The notes: generated by a model not told the origin, from the sequence alone. DNA of 64,000 nt from Candidatus Bathyarchaeia archaeon (GCA_038883655.1 JAVZLQ010000001.1:96001-160000), one strand, 5' to 3'; positions 11,417 to 21,936 are shown, counted from the first letter of the stretch. Program-made: numbers and translations.

Positions 11417-11785
11417 ATGAGCGAAGGTGACGTGAAAATAAAATTTGAGCCTTTCAAGGAAATCGTGATTATGGAACGCAACTTTTTCGCAACTCCAGAT
11501 GACATGGCAAGGTTTGTATCCGTAATTGCTGGTGGCAAACCCGCTGGGCTATACTGGGCTGAAGGCGTGGTTTTCCTCTATTTCCCGCTTCCAGCATCAA
11601 CAGAAGCCTCTGCAAAAGCGCTCATCGAAGAGAATAGGGTTTACTGGACCTTCGTCGGTTATGCGCTTATGCCAAAGTACCAGCAGACGATAGAGACGAG
11701 AGAAAAAATAATCGTCCCGGTTATTGACATGTCCTCTAACCCCATGTTCAGAAAGGTTGCAAATTGGCTGAAAGAACAAAAATAA
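11417..11785 (+). CDS. Conserved archaeal hypothetical protein
   Basis: 122-aa ORF with an LYWAEGVVF core; operon-like with ribK. Confidence 0.7.
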   Translation: MSEGDVKIKFEPFKEIVIMERNFFATPDDMARFVSVIAGGKPAGLYWAEGVVFLYFPLPASTEASAKALIEENRVYWTFVGYALMPKYQQTIETREKIIVPVIDMSSNPMFRKVANWLKEQK

Positions 11786-12183
11786 ACGCAATACAAGTTG
11801 AAGGCAAAGTTTTCTCTGGAAGTGGTGAAGGCGCAAAATTCGTTAGCCTTCCATGGGTGAAAAGGCAGATAGCCGAAAAGCTAGGGTTCATTCCCTACAA
11901 CGGAACATTAAACATAAGGCTGAACGAGGATGGTGTAGCCCTTAAAAGGCATATCTTGGACAAAGCAGAGGCCATAAAAATAATTCCACAAGAAGGGTTC
12001 TGCCACGGAAAACTCTTCAAAGCAGTTTTTATGGACAAACTGGAATGCGCAATAGTCATACCAGAAGTTAACGGCTACCCAAGGAACGTAATCGAAATAG
12101 TTGCTCCCATAAACTTAAGAGAAAGATTCAAGTTAAAAGATGGTGACACTGTTAAAGTAAAAATTTTAACTTGCCACTTTTAG
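11764..12183 (+). CDS. ribK: CTP-dependent riboflavin kinase
   Basis: GKVFSGSGEG, PYNGTLN and EIVAPINLRERFKLKDGD motifs. Confidence 0.92.
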   Translation: MAERTKINAIQVEGKVFSGSGEGAKFVSLPWVKRQIAEKLGFIPYNGTLNIRLNEDGVALKRHILDKAEAIKIIPQEGFCHGKLFKAVFMDKLECAIVIPEVNGYPRNVIEIVAPINLRERFKLKDGDTVKVKILTCHF

Positions 12184-12256
12184 GCGCCATTTTTGCAGCA
12201 AAATCTAGAGGGGCTAGTCAATTTTGCGTGTTGCACAGCCAAAAACTGACAATTTC

Positions 12257-13762
12257 CTAAACGGACTTTTCCTCACGCTTGTCTTTTAGAAAGTTTCTTA
12301 TGTACTCTTCTAGACAGTTGTTCTTTTTCAAGTACAAGCCATATTTAACAAGCGCGTTCATCGCCCTTGCGGCGTCTTCTGGTGAGGAGTATGCGGGTAT
12401 CCCAAGTTTATCAAATCTAAAGCGCGTGTGCAGTGCCATTTCAGTTTCACCTATGTCACATGCAACAATGGGCTTCTCGTATCTAGTGGCAACTTTCGCC
12501 ACTCTGTCAACGTAATCCTCTTGTAAAGCTGGCGTGTGATGCAGGCCAAGCAGTATTATGCCGTGAATCTGTGGGTCTTGAAAGAGTATTTCAGTCGCCA
12601 ACTCGAACATCTCGGAAGTGACAGAGCCCGTCAAATCCACTGGGTTGAGGTTTGTTGCGAATCTTGGAATTTTTTCATCAGCCTTTAACTTTTCAAACTT
12701 TTGGATGGTCTCTTCGGAAAAACGTTTCACAGACAAGCCCAAAAGCTCACATTCATCAACAGCCATTATTCCTGGACCACCAGCATCCGTAATAACGCCA
12801 ACATTTTTTCCGGCGGCTGGAGGCTGCATTGCCAAGGCTTTTCCAACATCAAAAAATTCCTCCATGTCCTTCGTCCTTAAAATCCCAGTTTGGGCAAAGG
12901 CTGCATTATAGATGTTGTCAGAACCAGCAATTGCCCCAGTATGCGATGCTGCAGCCCGTGCTCCAGCTTCGGTTCTTCCAGCCTTAAGAGCCGCAATAGG
13001 CTTTTTCTTTGTTACTTTCCTTGCAGTTTCGATGAATCTCCTTCCGGACTTTATGTCCTCGACATAAAGCAATATCACTTTCGTCTCCTTATCATACAGC
13101 AGGTAATTGAGCATCTCAGCCTCATCAACGTCGCGTTTGTTCCCAAAACTTATGAATTTGCTTAGACCAATTTGCCTCCCAGTTAAATAGTCTATTGCCG
13201 CAACGCCGAACGCCCCACTTTGTGTAACTATTGCAATGTTTCCAGGCATGGGACGCGGTGTGGCGATAACCTCCTCTCCAGTTGTTAACACCTTTGTTTC
13301 TGGAAGGAAAAGCATGTCAACACCAGTCTTTGGATCGTAAACTCCTAAGCAGTTTGGACCTAAAACGCGTATTCCAGCCTTTTTGGCTATACCTATAACC
13401 TCTTCCTCAAGTTCGCGATTTCCAATTTCAGCGAAACCAGAACTTATTATGACAACAGCTTTAACTCCTTTCGAGGCGGACTCCTCCATTATTTGCGGCA
13501 CAAGATGCGCGGGAACAACAATAACAACGAGGTCCAAATTTTTAGGAATATCCAGAACTGACGGGTAACATTGAAATCCTAGAATGGAGTCTTCGTGGGG
13601 GTTGACTGGAAAAATCTCTCCTTTAAAAACGCCTCTTTTCTTGTTTTCCACAAAATTTTTGAAGATTACGTGTCCAGCCTTGTTAATCCTCTTTGTGGCG
13701 CCCACCACAGCAACAGAGCCTGGATTAAAAAAGGCGTCTAACAATCTTATCGCTTTTTCCAC
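12257..13762 (-). CDS. acdA: ADP-forming acyl-CoA synthetase, alpha subunit
   Basis: GPNCLG, QSGAFG, ASHTGAIAG (phospho-His) and NPVDLTG motifs. Confidence 0.92.
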   Translation of the reverse strand: MEKAIRLLDAFFNPGSVAVVGATKRINKAGHVIFKNFVENKKRGVFKGEIFPVNPHEDSILGFQCYPSVLDIPKNLDLVVIVVPAHLVPQIMEESASKGVKAVVIISSGFAEIGNRELEEEVIGIAKKAGIRVLGPNCLGVYDPKTGVDMLFLPETKVLTTGEEVIATPRPMPGNIAIVTQSGAFGVAAIDYLTGRQIGLSKFISFGNKRDVDEAEMLNYLLYDKETKVILLYVEDIKSGRRFIETARKVTKKKPIAALKAGRTEAGARAAASHTGAIAGSDNIYNAAFAQTGILRTKDMEEFFDVGKALAMQPPAAGKNVGVITDAGGPGIMAVDECELLGLSVKRFSEETIQKFEKLKADEKIPRFATNLNPVDLTGSVTSEMFELATEILFQDPQIHGIILLGLHHTPALQEDYVDRVAKVATRYEKPIVACDIGETEMALHTRFRFDKLGIPAYSSPEDAARAMNALVKYGLYLKKNNCLEEYIRNFLKDKREEKSV

Positions 13763-13768
13763 GCGTGT

Positions 13769-14608
13769 TCACCTTTTGCCTTTAACAACCACTATGGGTT
13801 TATGCTTTACTGTGTCAAGCATCTCCCAACTAACTTCAGTCAAACCAACCCTAAACCTTCTAGCCATCTCCCAAACAGTCGAACCAGCACCAAACCCCCT
13901 CGCGCGGTTCGCCAACTCGGCAATGTCTAAAGCTAACTCGACTGGTATTCTCCGTCCAGCCACAGCCACTGGAGTTGCTCTCCTTTTCAGTTTAAGAACT
14001 CTTCCAACGATGTAGGCGACAAAGCTAAAACAGTGTATGTCCCTAACAGTTTTTCGTCGATGCGTAAAATGAAAGTTTCCTATGGAAAACGTCTTGTCGG
14101 TATCTACAATAATAACCGAAACATCCTTGTGCAGTCTCAAGCGTATTTGCTCTCTGATTTCGCTTGCTATTCTGTCCGCATTTTCAAGAGGCAAACTCAC
14201 ATACGAATAGGCTAAGTTGCTCCCATCTATGCCCCCTTCAGAACCAAACATCAACGACTGCAAAAAACCAACATTCTGCAGCGCAACTTGTTTATGGCGG
14301 CTTCCCTCCTCGAATGGATATTCGCGAATATTTCTGAGCAATCCTTTCCGGAACTTACATATTGGACCTAAAACGTAACCCCATACCACGCGCATCCAAA
14401 ACCACGCAATTATTTTCGCTGTTAGGCTTGGCTTAACTTTGCCCTCATCAACAATGTTGTTTGAGGCTGTGGATATCGCCTTTTCGGATATTACAACAAA
14501 ATCTCCGTTATCTAATTTCCCATTAATGCTTCTGACGATTTCCTCCACATAGTTTGTTCCGGGTCTCCAGTAACGCGTTATAATCGCAAAAGCCTTGTAG
14601 TTCGGCAT
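13769..14608 (-). CDS. Coenzyme F420-0:gamma-glutamyl ligase (CofE)-like protein
   Basis: VVISEKAIS, GGIDGSN and IIVDTD motifs. Confidence 0.75.
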   Translation of the reverse strand: MPNYKAFAIITRYWRPGTNYVEEIVRSINGKLDNGDFVVISEKAISTASNNIVDEGKVKPSLTAKIIAWFWMRVVWGYVLGPICKFRKGLLRNIREYPFEEGSRHKQVALQNVGFLQSLMFGSEGGIDGSNLAYSYVSLPLENADRIASEIREQIRLRLHKDVSVIIVDTDKTFSIGNFHFTHRRKTVRDIHCFSFVAYIVGRVLKLKRRATPVAVAGRRIPVELALDIAELANRARGFGAGSTVWEMARRFRVGLTEVSWEMLDTVKHKPIVVVKGKR

Positions 14609-14628
14609 TTAAACCGCTGGCTTAAAGC

Positions 14629-15327
14629 CTATAGGCTTCTGAACTGCTCCTTTATCTCTTCAATGTTGCATTCTGGCGGTTTCATTTTTCCTTCTGGACA
14701 GTAGCCCAACTCAACACATGTAGGTCCAGCATTCTCAAAAAGCGCCGGCGCCACCTTTCGTACTTGTTTCAGCATTTCAATAGCTACTTCCCTTATTTCC
14801 CATTGTGCACGGTTGCAGCAGCGCAAGTTAAAAAAGTGACGTAGTTCCCGCGCATTCATTGTTACAATTATGTTCGTTTTTGCGGCGTTTGGAAGAATAA
14901 ACCTTGCATCTTCCTTTGGAATGCCCATATCCAAAAGTTTCTTGTAAGCATCAGAAATCTTCTCCAAAGTTTCATCAAAAACCTTTTTTGCTTCGGCGTT
15001 TTCTGCAATGTTTGGCGGTGTAACAAACTTTTCAAGCGTGTCATAAGCCACGTAACGTTGGCTTTGCTGCGTGTAAGAAGCAATGCGGTGCCTAACAAGC
15101 TGGTGTGTCATAGCCCTTGAAACGCCCTCAATGCTAAATGTGAAGGAAGCATGTTCTATAACCGACATGTGCCCGTAACCCGTAACCCTTTCGATTATTC
15201 GTTTAGCAGTCTTCAAATCCATCTTCTCAAAAATTTCAGAAGGGCTTCCGCTTCTCGTCGATGTCAGGGCAGCGGCTCCACATAGAAGTTCCGCATCCAT
15301 CGTGTAGCGGAGAAGTTTAACCTTCAA
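14629..15327 (-). CDS. thyX: FAD-dependent thymidylate synthase
   Basis: GHMSVIEH, RHRIASYTQQSQRY and AQWEIR motifs. Confidence 0.97.
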   Translation of the reverse strand: MKVKLLRYTMDAELLCGAAALTSTRSGSPSEIFEKMDLKTAKRIIERVTGYGHMSVIEHASFTFSIEGVSRAMTHQLVRHRIASYTQQSQRYVAYDTLEKFVTPPNIAENAEAKKVFDETLEKISDAYKKLLDMGIPKEDARFILPNAAKTNIIVTMNARELRHFFNLRCCNRAQWEIREVAIEMLKQVRKVAPALFENAGPTCVELGYCPEGKMKPPECNIEEIKEQFRSL

Positions 15328-15398
15328 ACCTTGCGCCTCACCACTCTTTTAACGGAAGGTAATAAATTTGCTTTGTGTAAAAGGGTTTTGGGAAAAGC

Positions 15399-16028
15399 TT
15401 GCCAAGAATAAAACGCGCCATTGACTATATAGAGGCTTTGTGCTCAAGTAAAGAAAAAGCAAAAAGCATACTCGGCGAAGAATTGAAGCAGCATTATGAT
15501 AAGTGGTCGAAATCCCTCAATTTACAAGATTTTCTGCTTTTCCTTGAAATAATAAAGGAGAATAAAGGCAAGATTGGTGTTCCACAGTTTTTCGGCAAAT
15601 TCCGTGCATACGCATTTGAGGAATACATTTATAGATTGATAAGTGCGAGAGCCAACATGCCAAAAAATCTCCAAACGTTTTGGGGCGAAAAATGCATAGT
15701 TTGGCGTGAAGGCAAAAGCGAATATGCCATGGAGTTCGACGTTTCCATAGGTGAGAAACTAAACGATTTTGTCGAGCCGAAAATGGTTTTTGAAGCGAAA
15801 GTCGAGTTGGATGCCGCACGCCTAAAAACGGCATTAGCTTCATTTGCAATCTTGAAACGATACAATCCAAAGGCAATGTGCATACTACTGTATCTAATTA
15901 GAGATTTTGACACAACCTTACTTAGACTTGCTGAACAATGGACTGATGGCATTTTTCAATTTAAAACAGATAACAAAGCATTAAACAACATAATCAATTT
16001 TGTAAATAAACGCCTAGGTAAATGCTAA
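15399..16028 (+). CDS. Hypothetical PD-(D/E)XK nuclease-like protein
   Basis: AFEEY...EFDVSIG...VFEAK spacing matches a restriction-endonuclease-like catalytic motif. Confidence 0.55.
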   Translation: MPRIKRAIDYIEALCSSKEKAKSILGEELKQHYDKWSKSLNLQDFLLFLEIIKENKGKIGVPQFFGKFRAYAFEEYIYRLISARANMPKNLQTFWGEKCIVWREGKSEYAMEFDVSIGEKLNDFVEPKMVFEAKVELDAARLKTALASFAILKRYNPKAMCILLYLIRDFDTTLLRLAEQWTDGIFQFKTDNKALNNIINFVNKRLGKC

Positions 16029-17059
16029 ATATGCGCGTAAATGCGGTCGCTTGTGTATCTGCCACTTTCCATCTCTGTCTCAATTTCCCGCAGAAGCAAT
16101 ATCCGCTTGAAGGTTGGCGGGTGCGTTGCAAACCAAGTATTTATTTTCACCCAAGCGGACTTCGCTTCTTTCTCCATGGCAAGTTCCAATTCTCTCTCGT
16201 CGAGAACACCATCCTTGTCCAAGTCATACTCTTGCTTTTTCTCAATTATCATTTGCACCTCTTGCTTAGCCATCGCTGGGTCGCCAATATAAAACGCTCT
16301 TGCGCCAGATGGAGGTTTAGGTGAAAGCGACAAGCCGTAAGTGATTTTTGCCAATGCGCTTTGAAGGCTTCTTGGAGAGCCAGTAACGTAAGCGGAATAA
16401 GCGTCTGCGTAGTGCTCTCTAAGTCTGCTTAGGCGCATAACACAGAAAAGCGAAACTATGTAAACTATGTATGAGATTATGGCTACCGCGAAGAAAGCGG
16501 CTTTTATGCTTCCCTCCTCCTTCTTTCTGGACGAACCAGCGTGTCTTGCAACTTCCCAGGTCCCCCTTGCAATTAAATAAGCCAAAAGCGGCAGCGCCGA
16601 AAGAACAGTCATAACCACGTAATCCTTATGCTTAATGTGCCCCAACTCGTGTCCAATAACGCCCCTAATCTCATCCTTGTTAAGTTTCTTTAAAAGTCCC
16701 TCATGGACAGCTAACGTTGTATTCTTGGCGGTTCTCCCAAAAACAAAGGCATTAGGCGTATCATCCGGAACCATAGCCAAGCGCGGCGTCGGAATTCCAC
16801 TTTTATCCGCCAACTCTTTAACGGTTGATTCAAGCCAGGGGTTCTCGCCAGGCTCCAAATAGCGAAGCCTCGTTGAACTCTCAACAACCGCTGGACCTAT
16901 AAGGTATTGGAAAAGTATGAATAGGGCTGTGCCCACTATTGCCCATTCCAACGGGAAACTGAAAGCAATCATGATTACCGACAGGAACAACGCAAATATA
17001 AAAGCCACTAAGAAAATGGATGTTCCCATGGCAAAGCGAAGTTCGGCAAGTCTAGCCAT
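16025..17059 (-). CDS. htpX: Zinc metalloprotease HtpX (M48)
   Basis: PNAFVFG, HELGH, SRLREHYAD and THPP motifs; transmembrane segments. Confidence 0.93.
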   Translation of the reverse strand: MARLAELRFAMGTSIFLVAFIFALFLSVIMIAFSFPLEWAIVGTALFILFQYLIGPAVVESSTRLRYLEPGENPWLESTVKELADKSGIPTPRLAMVPDDTPNAFVFGRTAKNTTLAVHEGLLKKLNKDEIRGVIGHELGHIKHKDYVVMTVLSALPLLAYLIARGTWEVARHAGSSRKKEEGSIKAAFFAVAIISYIVYIVSLFCVMRLSRLREHYADAYSAYVTGSPRSLQSALAKITYGLSLSPKPPSGARAFYIGDPAMAKQEVQMIIEKKQEYDLDKDGVLDERELELAMEKEAKSAWVKINTWFATHPPTFKRILLLREIETEMESGRYTSDRIYAHI

Positions 17060-17185
17060 TAGCGTTTCTCCAGAAAATCACATGACAAAGCATGGCGAAT
17101 TAAAGCTTTCTTTAACTAACAGTAAAATTTGCATCTTACATTTTCGATATTTCTTTCTTTCCCAGCGGCAACAGCTCTCGTTACA

Positions 17186-17959
17186 TTATGTTTTTCCAAA
17201 AAACTCTGTGAAATTTTTTACTATTTGCTCTGCAACTTCTTCAACGCTTAACCCTTTTATTTTCGCTACCGCCTCAACTACCACTGGTACGAACGCGGGA
17301 GTCGTTTTCTCACCGTTAAACGGCTGCTTAAAGTACCTCACTGGGCCATCAGTTTCCGTCAGCAAGTTCGTTAATGGCGTTCGCCTTACAACCTCTTTGA
17401 TGCCGTTGGAGTATACCGTTGGCGGTCCTTCTGTAATGTAATATCCGTTTTCTATGGCTTTTGCCAGTGCGCTTATTGGGTTGCTGAACCAGTGGAGAAG
17501 CACTTTCTTGAGGCGGTACGAGGGAAGCATATCAACAATATATGCTGTTGTGCCGCGCGAGTGAATTATAACTGGCAAGTCAAGCCTTTCAGCTAAGCGT
17601 AACATTTCGTCAAAAACCTTTAACTGCTTAGCCCAAATCTTCTCATATTTTGCGTCTAGCCCCACTTCTCCAATAGCAACAACCGCTTGGTTTGTCCTTT
17701 GCCCAGAAATTAGCTTCACAACTTCTTGAAGTTCGTCATTTGTCAATGCTTGCACGTTCCACGGGTGTATCCCCAAAGCGGCGTAAACAAGTCCATCATA
17801 CTTTTTAGCGAGCTTTAGGCTATTTATGCTCGTCTTCAAATCCATAGAGTTTGAAACTAGGGCAACAACATTGGCTTTTTTCGCTTCACTTATAATTTCT
17901 TCTACGCAGTTGACATATTCCTCATCTGACAAGTGAATGTGGGCGTCAACAAACTTCAT
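17186..17959 (-). CDS. tatD: TatD family nuclease
   Basis: DAHIH, GIHPW, IGEVGLD and ETDGP motifs. Confidence 0.93.
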   Translation of the reverse strand: MKFVDAHIHLSDEEYVNCVEEIISEAKKANVVALVSNSMDLKTSINSLKLAKKYDGLVYAALGIHPWNVQALTNDELQEVVKLISGQRTNQAVVAIGEVGLDAKYEKIWAKQLKVFDEMLRLAERLDLPVIIHSRGTTAYIVDMLPSYRLKKVLLHWFSNPISALAKAIENGYYITEGPPTVYSNGIKEVVRRTPLTNLLTETDGPVRYFKQPFNGEKTTPAFVPVVVEAVAKIKGLSVEEVAEQIVKNFTEFFGKT

Positions 17960-18025
17960 TAGGGCATCCTCTTAGATGCAAATTACGTTATTACATGCAC
18001 TTTTATAATTTATCCCATTTAACAA

Positions 18026-18041
18026 GAAAAGGTTAAATATT
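18026..18041 (+). promoter_or_regulatory. BRE/TATA promoter of the histone gene
   Basis: GAAAAGGTTAAATAT about 40 nt upstream of the ATG; GGAGG ribosome-binding site at about 18066. Confidence 0.6.
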
Positions 18042-18077
18042 GTTTTAAATAGAAAAAGAGGCTACGGAGGAGTCTTT

Positions 18078-18299
18078 ATGGCTGATTTGGAGTTAGCTGT
18101 TGCTCCTATGCATAGAATATGTAAAAAAGCTGGGGCAGACCGTGTTAGCGAAGCAGCAGCGAAAGAGCTTGCTAAAGCTTTGGAAGAGGTTGGCATTAAA
18201 ATTGCCAAAGAGGCGCTTGATTTTGCGATGCATGCTGGAAGAAAAACCATAAAGGCGGAAGACATTGAAATTGCAGCGAAAAAAGTCATGGGTAGGTAA
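18078..18299 (+). CDS. Archaeal histone (HMf family)
   Basis: [20 protein letters not shown]...[12 protein letters not shown]. Confidence 0.96.
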   Translation: MADLELAVAPMHRICKKAGADRVSEAAAKELAKALEEVGIKIAKEALDFAMHAGRKTIKAEDIEIAAKKVMGR

Positions 18300-18346
18300 A
18301 AGCTGTTTTCTCCAGCTTCCCCTTTCTTTTTCGCAATTTGCCCCTT

Positions 18347-19099
18347 CTAAACTATTCGGGAAGAGTCCCACAAGAACTGAAAGTACTCTCTAGCAAAGCG
18401 AACAAGTCCAACATGGTTGCTCCATATTACTAAGCTTGGTTTATCCTCACCAAGAAAAAGCATAGCCTCTTTGCCATCAACAATTATGCCTCCGCCGAAC
18501 ATCTGGTCTCTAGCGCGCAAATCCACAAAACGCACTAGTTTCCTAATTTTATCGTCCACAATTTTTTCTGAAACCATAACCTTTACTTTAACATCGGCTT
18601 TCTTCAGCGCTTCTTGAAGAAACGTGGCTGAAGATGCAATCATGTTTTTTGCGAATTCTGGAATTGCAACCATTATTTCTCTGTTTGCTTTGTGCACTGT
18701 TTCTTCTAGTTTAGTCATTACAGCCTTCTGTCCATACAATATTAATATGTCTGGGCGTTCAACGAGCTCTTGCTGCTCATACAAGAGTTGTAGTTCACCA
18801 GCGATTTTTTGTTCCCAAAATTTGTATTTCTCCTCGAATTTGAGCTTAGCATTTGCTATCGCTTCAAGAGGAGCCACTGGATGATATTTTGTCGGTCGGG
18901 TTTCAACGCTTTTTATCCATCCCTTGTTCCTAAGCGAGTTTAAAACTTCGTAGATTTTTGAGTATGGAACTTTTGCTTTTCTGCTTATTTCCATGGCTGT
19001 CATTTGTCCACTTTCCAAAAGCGCTAGGTAAGTATCAACTTCGTATGTGTTCAGTCCCATCTCTCGTAGAATCCTTTTAGCTTCTTCGCTTACTGGCAA
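18347..19099 (-). CDS. TrmB family transcriptional regulator
   Basis: GLNTYE, VPYSKIYEVLNSL HTH, and a PLD-like effector domain. Confidence 0.9.
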   Translation of the reverse strand: MPVSEEAKRILREMGLNTYEVDTYLALLESGQMTAMEISRKAKVPYSKIYEVLNSLRNKGWIKSVETRPTKYHPVAPLEAIANAKLKFEEKYKFWEQKIAGELQLLYEQQELVERPDILILYGQKAVMTKLEETVHKANREIMVAIPEFAKNMIASSATFLQEALKKADVKVKVMVSEKIVDDKIRKLVRFVDLRARDQMFGGGIIVDGKEAMLFLGEDKPSLVIWSNHVGLVRFAREYFQFLWDSSRIV

Positions 19100-19182
19100 A
19101 GCATTTCCCCTTAATCACCTTATGAAAAGTTTGGAAACCTTATTATATTCTACCCTTTTCTTACAAACTTTACAATTGGCTT

Positions 19183-20688
19183 ATGATGCGTGAAAACATG
19201 CAATTCATAAAAAATACGAAAAGCATTTGCCCCGAATGCCTAAAAGTCATAGACGCTACAATATTTGAGGATGGCGGAAAGGTTTACATAAAGAAGACTT
19301 GTCCAGAACACGGCTTTTTCCAAGATGTCTACTGGTCTGATTATGAGCAGTATTTACGCGCTGAAAAGCTTCGGTATGACGGTGACGGCTTAAGAAATCC
19401 GCGTACAAAAACAGTCAATGGTTGCCCATATGATTGTGGAATATGTCCTCAACACAAGTCGCACACAGCCCTAGCCATAATCGACGTCACAAACAGGTGC
19501 AACCTAAAATGTCCAGTGTGCTTTGCGAACGCTGCAGCCGCTGGATATGTTTACGAGCCGACGAAAGAAGAAATTCGTGGAATGCTTGAAAACTTGCGCA
19601 AAAATGACCCCGTACCCGCGACTGCCCTACAGTTTTCTGGAGGTGAACCAACTGTTCGCAATGACTTGTTCGAGCTCATTCAAATGGCAAAGGAGCTTGG
19701 CTTCCGTCACGTTGAGGTTAATACGAATGGGCTTCGACTTGCCCAAAGCGTCGAATATTGCAGGGGCTTGGAAGAGGCTGGGATGAGCACTGTCTACTTG
19801 CAGTTTGACGGTTTAACGTCAGGCGTTTACAAGTTCATCCGTGGGATAGACCTTCTAGACGTTAAGATGAAGGCTATTGAAAACTGCCGAAAAGCTGGGA
19901 TCGACAGCATAGTCCTAGTCGTCACGCTGATTAAGGGCGTAAACGACAGCCAACTCGGCGACATAATACGTTTTGCAGTTAAAAACTTCGATGTTATACG
20001 CTGCATAAACGTTCAGCCTGTTTCTCTCTGTGGAAGGTTACCCCAAACTGAACGCGACAAGATGCGTATTACAATCCCAGACTTTATGCGCCTAGTGCAG
20101 GAACAAACAAACGGCAAAATCAAGGTTTCAGACTTCTATCCAGTGCCAACCGTCGTGCCAGTTTCGAAGGCTGTTGGAGCGCTTAAGGACAAAAGGTATG
20201 TGGAGTTCACTGCGCATCCTCACTGTGGCATGGCAACATACCTTTTCATCGAAAACGGCGAAATCGTCCCAATAACGCGTTATGGAAACGTGGACAAGTT
20301 TGTCGAAACGATGCGGAAAATATATGATGATGCCTCTAAAGGGAACAAAAACAAGGCGAAACTACGTTTAGTCGGAGCTTTGCGGCATATCAAATTCAGT
20401 TTCCTAAGGAAATATGTTTGGGGTGTGTTGAAAGAAGGAAGCTACGAGGCGCTTGGCAAACTGCAGAGAAAATCAATTTTACTCTCTGCCATGCATTTCA
20501 TGGACCCGTACAACTTCGACCTAGAACGCGTACAGAGATGCGTTATCCACTATGCCATACCAGATGGGCGCATAATACCGTTCTGCACGATGAACTCCAT
20601 ACATAGGGCTGAAATAGAGAAGAAGCTTGGAATGTCGATAAAAGAGTGGCAGAATAGGCATAAAGCTGAAATAATGCAGTACGTATAG
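19183..20688 (+). CDS. tes: Radical SAM tetraether lipid synthase (Tes/MJ0619 family)
   Basis: SICPEC...CPEHG, CPYDCGICPQH, CNLKCPVC, HPHCG and RCVIHY...IPFC motifs. Confidence 0.9.
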   Translation: MMRENMQFIKNTKSICPECLKVIDATIFEDGGKVYIKKTCPEHGFFQDVYWSDYEQYLRAEKLRYDGDGLRNPRTKTVNGCPYDCGICPQHKSHTALAIIDVTNRCNLKCPVCFANAAAAGYVYEPTKEEIRGMLENLRKNDPVPATALQFSGGEPTVRNDLFELIQMAKELGFRHVEVNTNGLRLAQSVEYCRGLEEAGMSTVYLQFDGLTSGVYKFIRGIDLLDVKMKAIENCRKAGIDSIVLVVTLIKGVNDSQLGDIIRFAVKNFDVIRCINVQPVSLCGRLPQTERDKMRITIPDFMRLVQEQTNGKIKVSDFYPVPTVVPVSKAVGALKDKRYVEFTAHPHCGMATYLFIENGEIVPITRYGNVDKFVETMRKIYDDASKGNKNKAKLRLVGALRHIKFSFLRKYVWGVLKEGSYEALGKLQRKSILLSAMHFMDPYNFDLERVQRCVIHYAIPDGRIIPFCTMNSIHRAEIEKKLGMSIKEWQNRHKAEIMQYV

Positions 20689-20745
20689 AATGAGAATAAC
20701 CATAAAAACAGCGGGAAAACTTTCTCTTAATGGAAGCTGAAAACT

Positions 20746-21081
20746 ATGGGTGGAAAAAAGAAGCTTAGCCTAAAACAGATGGAACGCATGCAAGCAAGAA
20801 AGGCGGAGGAAGAAAAAGAAAAGAAGAAAAAGGAGAAAGCAGCAGCGGCAGCGCCAGCAAAAGAAAAACGCGCTTCGGATGTTATTCCTCCAGACCCAAA
20901 AAGCGAGAAGATAATAGGCGAACTAAAGAAAATGCCAGTTCTAACCCCATACACGGTTGCCACACGTTTCAACATACGGATAAGCGCGGCAAAGGACTTT
21001 CTTGAACAGCTAGAGGAAAACGGTATAGTGCAACTTGTCTCTGGAAACCACGACATCAAAATCTACAAACCAGTGGGATAG
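20746..21081 (+). CDS. rps25e: 30S ribosomal protein S25e
   Basis: Basic N-terminus MGGKKK; LTPYTVA...ISAAKDFLEQL winged helix. Confidence 0.88.
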   Translation: MGGKKKLSLKQMERMQARKAEEEKEKKKKEKAAAAAPAKEKRASDVIPPDPKSEKIIGELKKMPVLTPYTVATRFNIRISAAKDFLEQLEENGIVQLVSGNHDIKIYKPVG

Positions 21082-21561
21082 TTGGAGTTCCCAAAAAGAG
21101 TTTACACTTATGAAGAGGTCAAAAAGGCAAAAGAGTTAATTGACAAAGGCTACAAACACCGTTTGATAACGCGTGGCAACAAAACCTTCAAGCAAAAGGT
21201 GAAAGAAGCACTTAGGCTTATTAAAACTGCTGGTTACTACGATTTTTTGAGGACTTACATTCATTACATAATCGAGATTGATGGCTTAACCCAGCTTAGA
21301 GAGTCCGAAGCCGCAATATGGGCAAACAAGTATGCTGTTGAAAACCCCGTTGACGCGGCAAGCCTATTCATGCAAAAGGCTAACCACATGAAGGAATATC
21401 TTGAAAGCAAGCTATATTATGGAGGTAAAGCTGAAAAGCGCTCAGTTGAGAAGCGCATAGAATTCCTGGAAGCCTTAAAAAGGAAAAGCCGCAGTAAAGA
21501 AGTAAAACAAGAGTGCGAGAGGCTTCTAAAACTTTGGAGCGAAAGCTCACTAGTTTACTAG
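21082..21561 (+). CDS. Conserved hypothetical protein
   Basis: 159-aa ORF starting immediately after the rps25e stop. Confidence 0.7.
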   Translation: MEFPKRVYTYEEVKKAKELIDKGYKHRLITRGNKTFKQKVKEALRLIKTAGYYDFLRTYIHYIIEIDGLTQLRESEAAIWANKYAVENPVDAASLFMQKANHMKEYLESKLYYGGKAEKRSVEKRIEFLEALKRKSRSKEVKQECERLLKLWSESSLVY

Positions 21562-21936
21562 TTCAACCCTAATTTTTGTTCCACTCTTAACCTTGCTGAA
21601 AATCTCAAGGTTCCTAGTAACTTTTCCAAGGATGTTAACTGGGCTGTAGGGTTGAGATTCTCCATAAAAGATGCATATAGCGCTGCCCATAGGCCAAAAG
21701 GCTATCGTACCCTTTTCAACAGTGTCCTTTGCCTTTTCCTCTCCCATCTTCACTGGAGTTTCGAAGTATACTTCCTCTTTCCAGAGGGCTGCCCTTCCTT
21801 CTATTGGAAGTTTCCTAACTATCATGTCCACTGTTCTCGGCGACAGAAAGCGCACTAACTCGCCTTCCGCCTCACCCAGCCCTTCAATTACAAACTTTAT
21901 CTTTACTCTCGAAATTGTTTTTTCCTCGGCGCTCAT
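21550..21936 (-). CDS. Cyclophilin-like fold protein (DUF369/TM1367-like)
   Basis: WKEEVYF, GTIAFWPMGSAICIFYG and SPVNILG motifs. Confidence 0.85.
   Translation of the reverse strand: MSAEEKTISRVKIKFVIEGLGEAEGELVRFLSPRTVDMIVRKLPIEGRAALWKEEVYFETPVKMGEEKAKDTVEKGTIAFWPMGSAICIFYGESQPYSPVNILGKVTRNLEIFSKVKSGTKIRVELVN

Noticed and set aside
16190-16235. EF-hand-like DLDKDGVLD insert in HtpX
   Set aside because: Similar inserts are common in archaeal HtpX; it is in frame and I saw no BHB pairing.
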